Of a stretch of DNA of 64,000 bases, positions 19,574-29,963 are shown one piece after another. The stretch's first letter is position 1. Each line of letters starts with the position of its first letter. Source of the stretch: Halobacteriovoraceae bacterium (lineage in GTDB: Bacteria; Bdellovibrionota; Bacteriovoracia; Bacteriovoracales; Bacteriovoracaceae). Below the pieces are notes generated by a model that ran no database searches, was not told the DNA's origin, and worked only from the letters and a program-made list of their open reading frames with translations. Location of the stretch: the NCBI GenBank assembly GCA_963719505.1, contig CAVRCF010000005.1, positions 992,001 through 1,056,000 of the forward strand. Direction: 5' to 3'. Made by a program: the position numbers and the translations under genes.

Positions 19574-21029
19574 ATTTTAACACCCAAATATAATATTCTG
19601 TATCTGTAAGCTCTGGAATAATAAGTTTTTTATTAATATACCTTCCTTTGAGTTTACTCAAGTAAGATTCAAATGATGCTTGAAAGTACTCAGGGGAAAA
19701 CACCTCTGCCTTACCAGCAAAGACTTTGGAGACTGAAGCTAGATTCGTGGTCTCCACTCGACGAGAATACTCTAAAAGATACGCCTGCCTTTGAGAAAAC
19801 TCCTCATTCGTCCATAGACGATATCCATAGCTTTGAGCAAAGTCCTTTTCATCAAGGGACTCAATATTTAAAAACTTAAATTTCTGTTCGAGTAAAATCT
19901 CTCGGGCCAAGTGAATGGCTGGAATTCTTTTGACAAGCAAATCAATTTTTCGAAACTCAAGACCTAAATCAACTGTTGAAATTTCCCGCCCCTCTTTATC
20001 GACCTCGAACCACTGATCAAAGGCATAAGTTTCTGTCTCTTTATTTGTATAGCCTCGCTTCATCGTAAAGAAGAATGACTCTCTTTTGTCAGCGGTTTTA
20101 AACCTATCAATTGATTTTTGAACTCTAAAATTTCCAAGGCCATTGACTCCATAAAACATATCCAGATTGGCATTAACCGCCTTTAAAGTGATGTTAGGTG
20201 TAACAACAAATATTTCATTATTTCTTTTATTTAAGTAATGATCTTCCTTTAGAAAATCATTTAAATTTTTAAATTGAGAAAAGTGGCCCAGGTTCTTTTT
20301 GGTGAGATAGATCTGTCGCTGAGAATGATTTAACTTTTGATATTCCAATCGAGAGAAAAACTCCCGGTTAGCTTTCTTTATCTTTAAAGGATAGAAGCCT
20401 TGATCAGTCTCTGCCATATTATCGGTACTAAACACTCCAACCTCTCGTCTTATAGACTTTATATGTCCATGGTTTAGGCGCAAAGAGACAAAAGAGTTTG
20501 TTTGAGAGAAGTTTACTTCATTCAGGGTGATAGACGTTTTAGCTGAAACTCTCAAAAGAGTCCCATCGGCCAAAAGAATCCAAGCCCCAGAATCAGATTC
20601 TGTTTGAAATTCATCTCCTTCAAAAAGCCTTGAAGAATGACCTGCTGTTACTTTGTACTCACCTCTATATATCGAGCAACTATTCATACAACTAATGACT
20701 TCACCAAACTTTTCTTCGAAAGTTGACTCTCTCAGTCTTTGCTTCCAATTTGGCATGCTATCTCTTTGCTCTCTTTCTCTAAGCCATTGATTATAATCGA
20801 GCCACGTAGAGGTATCGAGAGACTTCCAATTGATCAGACTCTTTCCCTGTTCTTTATATTCATAGCCATCGACGTCTATTTCAGACTTCTTGACTTCCCA
20901 GTCATCGCTATGAGTCAAAACCTTGGAACTTAGTATTCCAGCACTTTTCATAAGGGCTTCGTCAGCAACGGTTAATGCAAAAGCTGAAAAACTAAAAATT
21001 AAGCATAATATCCAATAAATTCTCTTCAT
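19560..21029 (-). CDS. Secreted FecR-domain-like protein
   Basis: Signal peptide; LFEGDEFQTESDSGAWILLADGTLLRVSAKTSITL resembles the FecR domain. Confidence 0.7.
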   Translation of the reverse strand: MKRIYWILCLIFSFSAFALTVADEALMKSAGILSSKVLTHSDDWEVKKSEIDVDGYEYKEQGKSLINWKSLDTSTWLDYNQWLREREQRDSMPNWKQRLRESTFEEKFGEVISCMNSCSIYRGEYKVTAGHSSRLFEGDEFQTESDSGAWILLADGTLLRVSAKTSITLNEVNFSQTNSFVSLRLNHGHIKSIRREVGVFSTDNMAETDQGFYPLKIKKANREFFSRLEYQKLNHSQRQIYLTKKNLGHFSQFKNLNDFLKEDHYLNKRNNEIFVVTPNITLKAVNANLDMFYGVNGLGNFRVQKSIDRFKTADKRESFFFTMKRGYTNKETETYAFDQWFEVDKEGREISTVDLGLEFRKIDLLVKRIPAIHLAREILLEQKFKFLNIESLDEKDFAQSYGYRLWTNEEFSQRQAYLLEYSRRVETTNLASVSKVFAGKAEVFSPEYFQASFESYLSKLKGRYINKKLIIPELTDTEYYIWVLKYAKN

Positions 21030-21139
21030 ATTTAACTTATCGACACTTATTTAACCTACTCAAATCATTCAGAATTTGTTAGCTTTGAATGAAAACTTTT
21101 CCCTATTAAATGCCGGTAAAAACCGAGGAGATAACTCAA

Positions 21140-24100
21140 ATGAGTGACACTATTTCTAACTTTTCCTTCGCTGAATCAGAAAAAAATATCCTAGTATTTT
21201 GGAAGGATAATGATATTTTCAAAAAAACACTAGAGAAGACCAAAAAGATGGAGCCCTATATATTTTATGATGGACCTCCTTTTGCGACGGGTCTCCCTCA
21301 TCACGGACATCTAGTAGCATCGACTCTTAAAGATATTATTCCACGCTATTTTACGATGAAAGGTCGCTACGTTTCCAGAAAGTGGGGATGGGACACTCAT
21401 GGACTTCCCATTGAACAACAAATAGATAAGAAATTTGGAATGAGTGCAAACGACTATGTAGAACAACATGGAGTAAAAGCCTATTGTGACGCCTGTAGAG
21501 AGATTGTTCTCACTTACACAAGCCAATGGGAAAGTACCATAGAGAGAATGGGCCGCTGGGTCGACTTTGAAAATCAATACAAGACGATGGATCCAGATTT
21601 TATGGAAAGCGTTTGGTGGGTTTTTAAATCGTGTTGGGACAAAGGATTAATTTATAAAGGCAATAAAATTGTTCCCTACTCTCCCGCTCTAGAGACAGGG
21701 CTATCTAATTTTGAAGCGACATCAAATTATAAAGATGTTCAAGATCCCGCAGTCACAGTTCTCTTTAAATTAGAAAACAGCGATGAACACTTTGCCGCTT
21801 GGACAACGACTCCTTGGACCCTTCCCAGTAATTTGGCCCTCATTGTAAACAATGATATTGACTACGTCTTAGTTCACGAAAAAACCAAAGATATAAAGTT
21901 CTACATCGCCAAAGAAAGAATAGAGTCCTACAAAAAAGGTCATGACTTTGAAGAACTTAAAACCGTTAAAGGATCAAGCCTTGTTGGTCTAAGATACGAG
22001 CCACTTTTTAACTATTTCAAAGAAGAAGCTAAAAATGGGGCGTTTCAAGTTTTAGCTGACGACTATGTTACAACCAGCGACGGAACCGGTATCGTTCACT
22101 CTGCTCCAGCTTTTGGAGAAGACGATAATAGAGTTTTAAAAGAAAACAATATTAGCGCTATTGTGTGTCCAATCAATAAAAAAGGACAGTTTACAAACGA
22201 AGTCTCTGACTTTGCGGGTCTTTTTATAAAAGATGCGGATAAAGAAATCATCAAAGCCCTTAAAGATAAAAATCTTCTTTTCCATCAGTCGGTTCTTGTC
22301 CACTCTTATCCGTTTTGTTATCGAACAGATACTCCCCTTATCTACATGGCCATGCCTCAGTGGTATCTAAGTGTTGATACTATTAAAGATAAAATGCAAA
22401 AAGCGAACGCCCAAATTAACTGGGTACCAGAGCACATAAAAGAGGGACGCTTTGGTAAGTGGCTCGACGGAGCAAGAGACTGGGCGATATCAAGAAGTCG
22501 TTTTTGGGGAACTCCTCTACCAGTATGGGTTAATGAGACAACAGGAAATACTATCTGTATTGGCTCATTTGAAGAGTTGGAAAAGTATACAGGAAAGAAA
22601 GTGGACGACCTCCATCGAGAGACCGTCGATGAACTCGACTTTAAAATTGACGGGGAACTGGGAGAATATAAGAGAATACCAGAAGTTTTTGACTGTTGGT
22701 TTGAATCTGGATCAATGCCTTATGCACAACTTCACTACCCGTTTGAAAACAAAGAAATTTTTGAAAAAGGTTTTCCAGCTGAGTTTATCGCTGAAGGCCT
22801 AGATCAAACCAGAGGATGGTTTTACACTCTTACCGTTTTATCTGCCGCTTTGTTTGATAAGCCCGCCTTTAAAAATGTTATCGTCAATGGGATGGTAATG
22901 GCATCTGACGGGAAGAAGATGAGTAAAAGCTTAAAGAACTACACGGCTCCCGATAGTCTTATGGAAGACTTTGGTGCCGATGCTTTAAGGCTGACTTTCA
23001 TCACCTCCGCACTAGTTAAAGGTGAAGAGTTAAAGTTCACCGATGAGGGTGTTAAAGACATGGTTCGTCGAGCGCTCTTACCGTGGTTTAACTCCTTTAA
23101 ATTCTTTCAAACATACGCCAAGGTCGATGAATTCGACGTTGAAAAAGATCTTAAATTTGGTGAAAACATTTTAGATAAATGGATACTATCCAAGCTTCAA
23201 ACTCTTAAAAAAGAGGTGAATCAACAAATGGATGAATACAAGCTCTATAATGTTGTTCCTAAGCTTTTTGATTTTATTGAAGACTTAACAAACTGGTACA
23301 TCAGACTTAATAGAAGAAGATTTTGGGAAGGTGCGAACCTTACAGATGACAAGGCTTGTGCCTACTCTACTCTGTACACGGCCTTGAGAGAGCTCAGTAA
23401 GATAATGGCGCCGTTTGCACCATTTCTATCTGAGTTTATTTACTTAGAGTTAAAGAAAAACTTTAACGAAGACCTTCCTGAATCTGTCCATCTTTGTGAC
23501 TATCCTGAATTTGATGAAAAATTCATCGACGCAAGTCTTGAGGATTCTGTTATAAGGATGCAAGAACTTATTCTTTTAGGCAGGCAAAAGAGAAATCAAA
23601 GTCTCATCAAAGTTAAAACTCCTCTATCCAAATTAACAGTCATCCATCAAGACCAAAACCTCCTTGACGGAATCTCTAAACTTGAAAGTTTTATTAAGGT
23701 AGAACTCAATGTCAAAGAAGTTGCGTACGACAATAATGAAGATGCTCATATAAAACTTTATGCCAAGCCAAACTCAAGAGTACTGGGGAAAAAGCTTGGA
23801 AAAGATTTTAAAAAGTTTTTTGGTCCTATATCCCAAATTGCTTCCATGGACCTAAAGAAAGTTGAGGCTGGGGAAAACATCGTGCTGATGGAGCAAACTC
23901 TTGAACCTGAAGATCTATTGATATACAGAGAGGCTCAGAAAGACTCAAATGCCATTTCTAATCGATGGATCTCTATCGATCTAGACACGATACTAACGGA
24001 TGACCTTATTAACGAAGGACTTGCACGAGAAGTGGTAAATAGAATACAGCGAACGAGAAAAGACTTAGGGTTTAATGTTGAAGATAGAATCGTTGTGACA

Positions 24101-24274
24101 GCATCGACCGACGAGAAACTACAAACTATTATTGAGGATTTTTCAGACTATATAAAGTCTGAGACGCTGACGACTCAAATTAACTTTGAAAAAGCTTTGT
24201 CTGATTCTCCACAGAACACGGTGAAGACGGATATTGATGCTGTTGAACTTATTCTAAAACTAGAGCGAGTATAA
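21140..24274 (+). CDS. ileS: Isoleucine--tRNA ligase (type 2)
   Basis: YDGPPFATGLPHHGH, GWDTHGLP, WTTTPWTLP, GLDQTRGWF, KMSKS; GAGGAG before ATG 21140; type-2 C-terminus (EGLAREVVNRIQ). Confidence 0.97.
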   Translation: MSDTISNFSFAESEKNILVFWKDNDIFKKTLEKTKKMEPYIFYDGPPFATGLPHHGHLVASTLKDIIPRYFTMKGRYVSRKWGWDTHGLPIEQQIDKKFGMSANDYVEQHGVKAYCDACREIVLTYTSQWESTIERMGRWVDFENQYKTMDPDFMESVWWVFKSCWDKGLIYKGNKIVPYSPALETGLSNFEATSNYKDVQDPAVTVLFKLENSDEHFAAWTTTPWTLPSNLALIVNNDIDYVLVHEKTKDIKFYIAKERIESYKKGHDFEELKTVKGSSLVGLRYEPLFNYFKEEAKNGAFQVLADDYVTTSDGTGIVHSAPAFGEDDNRVLKENNISAIVCPINKKGQFTNEVSDFAGLFIKDADKEIIKALKDKNLLFHQSVLVHSYPFCYRTDTPLIYMAMPQWYLSVDTIKDKMQKANAQINWVPEHIKEGRFGKWLDGARDWAISRSRFWGTPLPVWVNETTGNTICIGSFEELEKYTGKKVDDLHRETVDELDFKIDGELGEYKRIPEVFDCWFESGSMPYAQLHYPFENKEIFEKGFPAEFIAEGLDQTRGWFYTLTVLSAALFDKPAFKNVIVNGMVMASDGKKMSKSLKNYTAPDSLMEDFGADALRLTFITSALVKGEELKFTDEGVKDMVRRALLPWFNSFKFFQTYAKVDEFDVEKDLKFGENILDKWILSKLQTLKKEVNQQMDEYKLYNVVPKLFDFIEDLTNWYIRLNRRRFWEGANLTDDKACAYSTLYTALRELSKIMAPFAPFLSEFIYLELKKNFNEDLPESVHLCDYPEFDEKFIDASLEDSVIRMQELILLGRQKRNQSLIKVKTPLSKLTVIHQDQNLLDGISKLESFIKVELNVKEVAYDNNEDAHIKLYAKPNSRVLGKKLGKDFKKFFGPISQIASMDLKKVEAGENIVLMEQTLEPEDLLIYREAQKDSNAISNRWISIDLDTILTDDLINEGLAREVVNRIQRTRKDLGFNVEDRIVVTASTDEKLQTIIEDFSDYIKSETLTTQINFEKALSDSPQNTVKTDIDAVELILKLERV

Positions 24275-24276
24275 CA

Positions 24277-24927
24277 ATGAATGCAATAGAGAATTTTATC
24301 CATTCGAGTGAAAGTTTTATTATTAAACAAAAAAAAGAATGGATAGAGATTTTCTCTGGCATAGAGACAAAAAATAAATATTCTGTTTTGAATGATCAAA
24401 TGAAAGAGATAGGCTTTATCCTTGAAGAAGGCAGTGGATTTACCCATTTTATCAAAAGATGGCTTCTTCGCTCTCACAGACCTTTTGACATTACTGTTCT
24501 CGACAGTGAAGGACATAAAATTCTTTCACTCAGTCGAAAGTTTTTTTGGTTTTTCTCTGATTTGAATGTTTCCTTCGATAATAAAAATTACGGCTCAATT
24601 CATAGAAGATTTTCAATTTTTTTTAAACATTACGATGTCCTAGATGCTAATGGAGCCTTTGTTTTTCAAGTAAGAAGCCCTTTTTGGAGAATATGGACCT
24701 TTCCAGCCAAGCGAGAAAACGGTTCACAGGTGGGCTTAGTCACTAAAAAATGGCAAGGATTAATAAAAGAAGCTTTTACAGACAGCGATGCTTTTATGAT
24801 CAAGGCCAATGCAGATCTATCCATAGAGACGAAGATTCTTCTTTTTTGCTGTGGTATATCAATAGACTTTGACTACTTCGAAAATAATCAAGGCAGCGGT
24901 AGTCTCTTTGATTTTGTGGGTACTTAA
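24277..24927 (+). CDS. Phospholipid scramblase/LURP-one-like protein
   Basis: IKQKKEWIEIFSGIETKNKYSV, RPFDITV, GLVTKKWQGLIKEAFTDSDAF, IDFDYFE match the scramblase pattern. Confidence 0.85.
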   Translation: MNAIENFIHSSESFIIKQKKEWIEIFSGIETKNKYSVLNDQMKEIGFILEEGSGFTHFIKRWLLRSHRPFDITVLDSEGHKILSLSRKFFWFFSDLNVSFDNKNYGSIHRRFSIFFKHYDVLDANGAFVFQVRSPFWRIWTFPAKRENGSQVGLVTKKWQGLIKEAFTDSDAFMIKANADLSIETKILLFCCGISIDFDYFENNQGSGSLFDFVGT

Positions 24928-25730
24928 TGAAATACTTTCTTATCCTTCTTATCGCTTTTATTAATACATGTTTTGCCTATTCGCCCAAAGACATTGATAT
25001 TACAAAGTTTGAGTACGTCAGATATGTAAAACCCCAACTTAAAAGTATTGTCCAAAGTTACAAAACTCTCCTTATAGGTCTTACTCCTGAGATTCAAAAG
25101 ATTTCAAAAGCCTTCGACCTAAAGATGGACTTTTATACCTTTGAAAGAGATATTCCGAATACCTGTGAACAAAAACGTGGGTCAAATTGTAAGATGCATC
25201 TAGGACCTCTGTCAGATTCTCTACAAGAGCTTATTGTTGTTATCGACCTCGAGATTGATTACAAAGAGATTAAAAATCTCACTTTGGAAGAGAAAATCAA
25301 AGCACAAAATGCAAGAATGTCTCTAAAGCTTCAGATCATTAAGTTGTTGGAAACGATTCAAGAACTTAATTTGCAGATGACGATCGCTATCACAAAAAAG
25401 TTATCGATGATGGACTTAAAAAAAGATATCCTTCAAGTTGTCTCAAAGCTCGATACTTACCTTTTATTTTTAACCGACAATAGATTTCGTGGGGATCTTA
25501 CTGACTTTCAAACGAGTTTTATAACACCTGTAACGAAGTTTATTATCCTTAGAGATAACCAGCAGGTCTTTATTCAGAATATAGATGAATTTAATATTAG
25601 GCTAAATGCAATTGCGATGAGAATAACTAAGTACAACTTTCCTGTGGATAATAAAGTGAAGACTTTAATAAATATTATGCATAACCGCTGGAATAATATT
25701 CTTAAAGTCTCACTTATTACTAATCCATAA
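24927..25730 (+). CDS. Hypothetical secreted helical protein
   Basis: 267-aa ORF, signal peptide, coupled to upstream gene. Confidence 0.75.
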   Translation: MKYFLILLIAFINTCFAYSPKDIDITKFEYVRYVKPQLKSIVQSYKTLLIGLTPEIQKISKAFDLKMDFYTFERDIPNTCEQKRGSNCKMHLGPLSDSLQELIVVIDLEIDYKEIKNLTLEEKIKAQNARMSLKLQIIKLLETIQELNLQMTIAITKKLSMMDLKKDILQVVSKLDTYLLFLTDNRFRGDLTDFQTSFITPVTKFIILRDNQQVFIQNIDEFNIRLNAIAMRITKYNFPVDNKVKTLINIMHNRWNNILKVSLITNP

Positions 25731-26600
25731 TTATAATTTTCTAAGACCTTTTACTCTACTAATGTAAGTGACACCTTCACCTGTATCGTTACTTTCATTG
25801 GCAAGATAGTTAGAAACATAACAGCCATTTCTATAAACGTAGTCTCTTTCACCACGAACTAAAATACCTTCAACTTCACCTGTTGCAACGTTAATAACTG
25901 CTGATCCAGAGTTTCCACCGTATGTATCAAGGTTAGCCTTAAAATAGTTTCTCTTTCTTTTTAATACCTTTGCACCATCTGCAATCTTCGTTGGAAGTCC
26001 ACTTGGATGACCAATAACGACAAGTTCAGTTCCTTTTTTTACTCTTCCTCTTCTTCTAAACTTTAAAGGCGTTTTTCCAACAACAGGTCTATCAAGCTCA
26101 ATAAGAGCGTAGTCTTTGTTTGGTCTACCAGTCAGCTTCGTCGAGACAATCGATTTACATTTATAGATTGAATCTGCTGTAAGAGTTGTATTCGCTTCTG
26201 TTTCGTTATTCATTTTATAGTCAAAAACCCAGTGATTATTACGACAATCACTCATGTCTTCCACACAGTGTCCTGCAGTAACGATATGTCTGTCACTGAC
26301 AAGAAATCCTGAACAGCTCGCAACAGTTGGTTGGTCTTTAAATTTTTCTGTCGCACAGACTCTTTTTCCATTAGAAAGCGTAGTCCTTGTTTCCAGAGAA
26401 TAAAGCTCACCGTCTTTTGTTATTTTTGATTTTTTGATCATCGCCGCTGTTGATTTAGACAATTCCACGAAGTCAGACCTAGTCGATTCGTATACGTCGA
26501 CTCTATCATCATTTCCGTATATAACTTTTTCGTTCATGTTCACTGTTGTTGCACTTGCACTGAGAGCAACAACGTTGAGAAGTATTGCTAATTTTTTCAT
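25731..26600 (-). CDS. Secreted trypsin-like (V8-type) serine protease
   Basis: TAGHC, DYALIEL, GGNSGS catalytic triad; signal peptide. Confidence 0.92.
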   Translation of the reverse strand: MKKLAILLNVVALSASATTVNMNEKVIYGNDDRVDVYESTRSDFVELSKSTAAMIKKSKITKDGELYSLETRTTLSNGKRVCATEKFKDQPTVASCSGFLVSDRHIVTAGHCVEDMSDCRNNHWVFDYKMNNETEANTTLTADSIYKCKSIVSTKLTGRPNKDYALIELDRPVVGKTPLKFRRRGRVKKGTELVVIGHPSGLPTKIADGAKVLKRKRNYFKANLDTYGGNSGSAVINVATGEVEGILVRGERDYVYRNGCYVSNYLANESNDTGEGVTYISRVKGLRKL

Positions 26601-26626
26601 GTTTATCCTTGGGGTAAAGATTATAT

Positions 26627-26652
26627 AAAAGCCTCATCTCTAGTGATGAGGC
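26627..26652 (-). terminator. Intrinsic terminator between the two protease genes
   Basis: GCCTCATC-N6-GATGAGGC hairpin followed by TTTT on the minus strand. Confidence 0.7.
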
Positions 26653-26660
26653 ATAGTTGA

Positions 26661-27521
26661 TTACATATCCATTAAAGCTTTTATATTAGTGATATAAGTA
26701 ACACCCTCTCCTGCACCTTCGTCGTTTCCAATTCTGTTTGAAGCTCTACAGTTTCCACGGCTTACATAATCAGTTGCACCACGAACAAGAATTCCTTCAA
26801 TTTCACCAGTTGAAACATTGAATACAGCTGAACCAGAGTTCCCACCATAAGTGTCAAGGTTGGCCATAAAGTATGCACCTTCAAGAGACTTAACTTGTGC
26901 ACCGTCAGCAATTTTTGTTGGAAGTCCACTTGGGTGACCAATAACAACCAGTTCATCACCAACACTAGGCTTTCCACTTGTTCTAAACTTTAGGGGAGTT
27001 CTTCCCGTAACGTTTCTATCTAACTCAATAAGAGCGAAGTCATCTTTTGAAGCTCTATCAAGTGAGCGTGAGACGATTTTTTTACAGCTATAGATTGTAT
27101 CTTTTGAATGCTTTAGATTTGCTTGAGACTCATTTTCCATTTTATAATCGAAAACCCACTTCGCTCCGTTACAGTCACTCATGCTTTTAATACAGTGACC
27201 TGCTGTTACAAGGAGGTTTTCACCGACAAGAAACCCAGAACAGTTCGCAGCACTTGGCTGATTTGCAAAAGGCTCATCTGAACAAACTCTTAGGTCTGAT
27301 CTCAATGTACTTCCATTAATTTTATATTTTCTACTGAGAAACCTCTTTTTGAGATCTTTATTTTTGATCATTGCAGCCGTCGACTTTGACAGTTCAACAA
27401 AAGCAGAGTTCGTGGATGCATAAACATCGACTCTGTTATCGTCACCGTAGATAACTTTATTAGCAGCAAAAGCTCCTACTGACATAACTGACAAGCTTAC
27501 AAGCATTACAAGGTTTTTCAT
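26661..27521 (-). CDS. Secreted trypsin-like serine protease (paralogue)
   Basis: TAGHC, DFALIEL, GGNSGS; start moved to ATG 27521 (GGAG upstream, signal peptide). Confidence 0.92.
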   Translation of the reverse strand: MKNLVMLVSLSVMSVGAFAANKVIYGDDNRVDVYASTNSAFVELSKSTAAMIKNKDLKKRFLSRKYKINGSTLRSDLRVCSDEPFANQPSAANCSGFLVGENLLVTAGHCIKSMSDCNGAKWVFDYKMENESQANLKHSKDTIYSCKKIVSRSLDRASKDDFALIELDRNVTGRTPLKFRTSGKPSVGDELVVIGHPSGLPTKIADGAQVKSLEGAYFMANLDTYGGNSGSAVFNVSTGEIEGILVRGATDYVSRGNCRASNRIGNDEGAGEGVTYITNIKALMDM

Positions 27522-27674
27522 TTTGTCTCCAATTAACCCATATATTTTTTTGGGGTAGAAAATATTTTTTTGGTGGAGAATAGATATCACCGAATGACAT
27601 GCTGCTCAACTAGAGTGAAATGTTTTCACAACAATGATGATTTTTATGTGATTTTAGATACTTGTGATGCCTTT

Positions 27675-27710
27675 AAAAAAAGAAAACCCCAGCGTTAGCT
27701 GAGGCTTTTT
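27675..27710 (-). terminator. Intrinsic terminator of rpsU
   Basis: Minus strand AAGCCTCAGC-TAAC-GCTGGGGTTT followed by a T-rich tract. Confidence 0.75.
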
Positions 27711-27742
27711 AATATAAGTATTCGAAAACACTGAATATTGTA

Positions 27743-27958
27743 TTAGATTTTACTTCTGCGAGAACCTTTGGCGCCAGTCTTTCTTCTTCTTTTTTCTGCT
27801 GCTTCAGACTTCTCTTTAGCTTGGATTGAAGGTTTTTTATACTCTTGCTTATCTCTATACATCTTAACGATTCCATAAGAATCACAAAGTCTTTTAAATT
27901 TTCTTAAAGACTTTTCAACTCCGAATTTCTCGTCGATTTTGATATGGATATTTTGCAT
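27743..27958 (-). CDS. rpsU: 30S ribosomal protein S21
   Basis: EKSLRKFKR...EYKKPS...KRRRK; GGAGG upstream. Confidence 0.88.
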   Translation of the reverse strand: MQNIHIKIDEKFGVEKSLRKFKRLCDSYGIVKMYRDKQEYKKPSIQAKEKSEAAEKRRRKTGAKGSRRSKI

Positions 27959-28078
27959 TTGAGGTCACCTCCTTGCGCATAACGGTAAGGCCAAGCTACG
28001 CTTGGGTTAAAAATTAAGTTTGCATAAAATAATCTATACGCGGTATATAGTCAATAATTCTACTCAAGGAAAGTTAGC

Positions 28079-29317
28079 ATGAAAGACCAAATTGGCCTAT
28101 TTGAATCAGAATCTAATAATAAGCCCCTAGCTTTTACAGTTAGACCTAGTGATTTATCCTCATTGGCAGGCCAAAATGCTATCCATAAGCGTCTGAGTCA
28201 CCTCAATATTAGCAAACTCCCCCATATTGTCTTCTACGGTCCTCCAGGGACAGGGAAAACGACTTTGGCCAATATCCTTGCTGTTGAGTCTGGGCTTGAG
28301 CTTTATTCATTCAATGCGGTTTTGGGCGGGGTAAACGAGCTTCGGGCCCTCATAAAGTCCGCTCTTGATCTCAAAACACTGGGAGGAAAACGCTCGATCA
28401 TCTTTATCGATGAGATCCACAGGTTTAATAAGTCTCAACAAGATGCTCTTCTTCCCCACCTAGAAGCAGGAGACTTTGTTCTTTTTGGGGCCACAACTGA
28501 ATATCCCCAAACAAGCTTGAATAAAGCAATTCTTTCAAGGGTTCAGGTATGGCCATTTTCTAAACTGGAGACAGAAGACATAAAAAAGATTCTTTTAAGG
28601 GCGATTGAACTTGAAAATAAAGATGTGAATGAAGAAATTATTAATCATATTAGTGAATTTTCAAATGGTGATGCAAGGAGTGCTCTCAATAGTCTGGAGC
28701 TCATCCTCAATCAAGACACTAGTAATCTATCTCTCAATGAAATTAAAGAACAAATTCTCCATAGCCAAAGAGCATATGACAAAAACTCAGACCGCCACTA
28801 CGATGTTATTTCAGCCTTTATAAAGTCAATTAGAGGAAGTGACGCCAATGCAGCTATTCTTTGGCTTGCAGTTATGCTCGAAGGCAACGAAGACCCTATT
28901 TTTATCGCCAGACGTCTATTGATAAGTGCAAGCGAAGATATTGGAAATGCTGATCCAAGAGCGCTACAGATGGCAACTTCTTCAATCACGGCTATTAGTC
29001 AAATTGGAATGCCAGAAGCTCGAATCATTCTCGCTCAAGTGACTACTTACCTGGCGCAAGCCCCCAAAAGTAATTCTAGCTACCTCGCCATTGATGCTGC
29101 ATTGGATTTTGTGAGAAATAACCCAACTATTGAAGTCCCTACTCATCTTCGAAATAACCACCCAGATAAAAATAAGTACAAATATCCACACAGCTTTAAT
29201 AATCACTGGGTAGAGCAAGCCTACCTTCCGATGGATGAAGACTTTTTTGCCAACTCGAAGATCGGCTATGAAAGACTACAAAAGGAATATTTAGACAAAA
29301 TTCAAAGGGACGTTTAA
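28079..29317 (+). CDS. rarA: Replication-associated recombination protein A (MgsA family AAA+)
   Basis: GPPGTGKTT, FIDEIHRFNKSQQDALLP, HYDVISAFIKSIRGSD, ASEDIGNADP. Confidence 0.95.
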   Translation: MKDQIGLFESESNNKPLAFTVRPSDLSSLAGQNAIHKRLSHLNISKLPHIVFYGPPGTGKTTLANILAVESGLELYSFNAVLGGVNELRALIKSALDLKTLGGKRSIIFIDEIHRFNKSQQDALLPHLEAGDFVLFGATTEYPQTSLNKAILSRVQVWPFSKLETEDIKKILLRAIELENKDVNEEIINHISEFSNGDARSALNSLELILNQDTSNLSLNEIKEQILHSQRAYDKNSDRHYDVISAFIKSIRGSDANAAILWLAVMLEGNEDPIFIARRLLISASEDIGNADPRALQMATSSITAISQIGMPEARIILAQVTTYLAQAPKSNSSYLAIDAALDFVRNNPTIEVPTHLRNNHPDKNKYKYPHSFNNHWVEQAYLPMDEDFFANSKIGYERLQKEYLDKIQRDV

Positions 29318-29326
29318 CATAAAGGG

Positions 29327-29962
29327 ATGATCGAATATATTATTGCCCATAGTCCAGATGATAGAGTTATTGACAATGCCTGCGCTATTTTAAAATCTGG
29401 TGGCCTCGTGTGCCTTCCCACTGATACGAACTGGATTCTTATCGCCGATCCAACCCATAAAGATGGTCTAGATAAGCTTTATAAGATAAAAAAAGAAAAT
29501 GGAAATAAACATTTTTCACTCTTTGTTCCGGACATCTCAACTGCATCTGAAGTTGCTCTGATCGATGACCAAGCATTTAAGCTTTTGAAGAAAGTAACTC
29601 CGGGTCATTATACGTTTATTTTTGAAGCCAAGAAGAGAATTGCCAAATCAATAAAAGCCACAAAAACAGATAAAGAGATCGGCTTGAGGTTTGTTCCCTC
29701 TGTTTTAGTTGAAACACTACTGAAGGCCTACAAAGACGTCGTCATATCGACAAATATACCTACAAGCTCTATCCACGGTCTTAGCGAGGAAGATGAAATT
29801 TACTCATATATGATTGAAGATTCATCAATCAAGCATCTGATTGATCTCATCATCGACCCTGGTGAAATTGAGTTCGTCGGTCACAGTTCTATTGTGAGCT
29901 TTTTAGGAGAGACACCTGAAGTCATCAGAGAGGGTGCTGGCGATATAAGTCTTTTCGAGTAA
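29327..29962 (+). CDS. Sua5/YciO/YrdC-family protein
   Basis: LPTDT, TPGHYTFIF, IGLRF, VIREGAG. Confidence 0.88.
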   Translation: MIEYIIAHSPDDRVIDNACAILKSGGLVCLPTDTNWILIADPTHKDGLDKLYKIKKENGNKHFSLFVPDISTASEVALIDDQAFKLLKKVTPGHYTFIFEAKKRIAKSIKATKTDKEIGLRFVPSVLVETLLKAYKDVVISTNIPTSSIHGLSEEDEIYSYMIEDSSIKHLIDLIIDPGEIEFVGHSSIVSFLGETPEVIREGAGDISLFE

Positions 29963-29963
29963 T

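Noticed and set aside
21140-24274. IleRS2 as an acquired high-level mupirocin-resistance gene
   Set aside because: Core-genome context and canonical HxGH signature (HHGH); looks like the housekeeping enzyme
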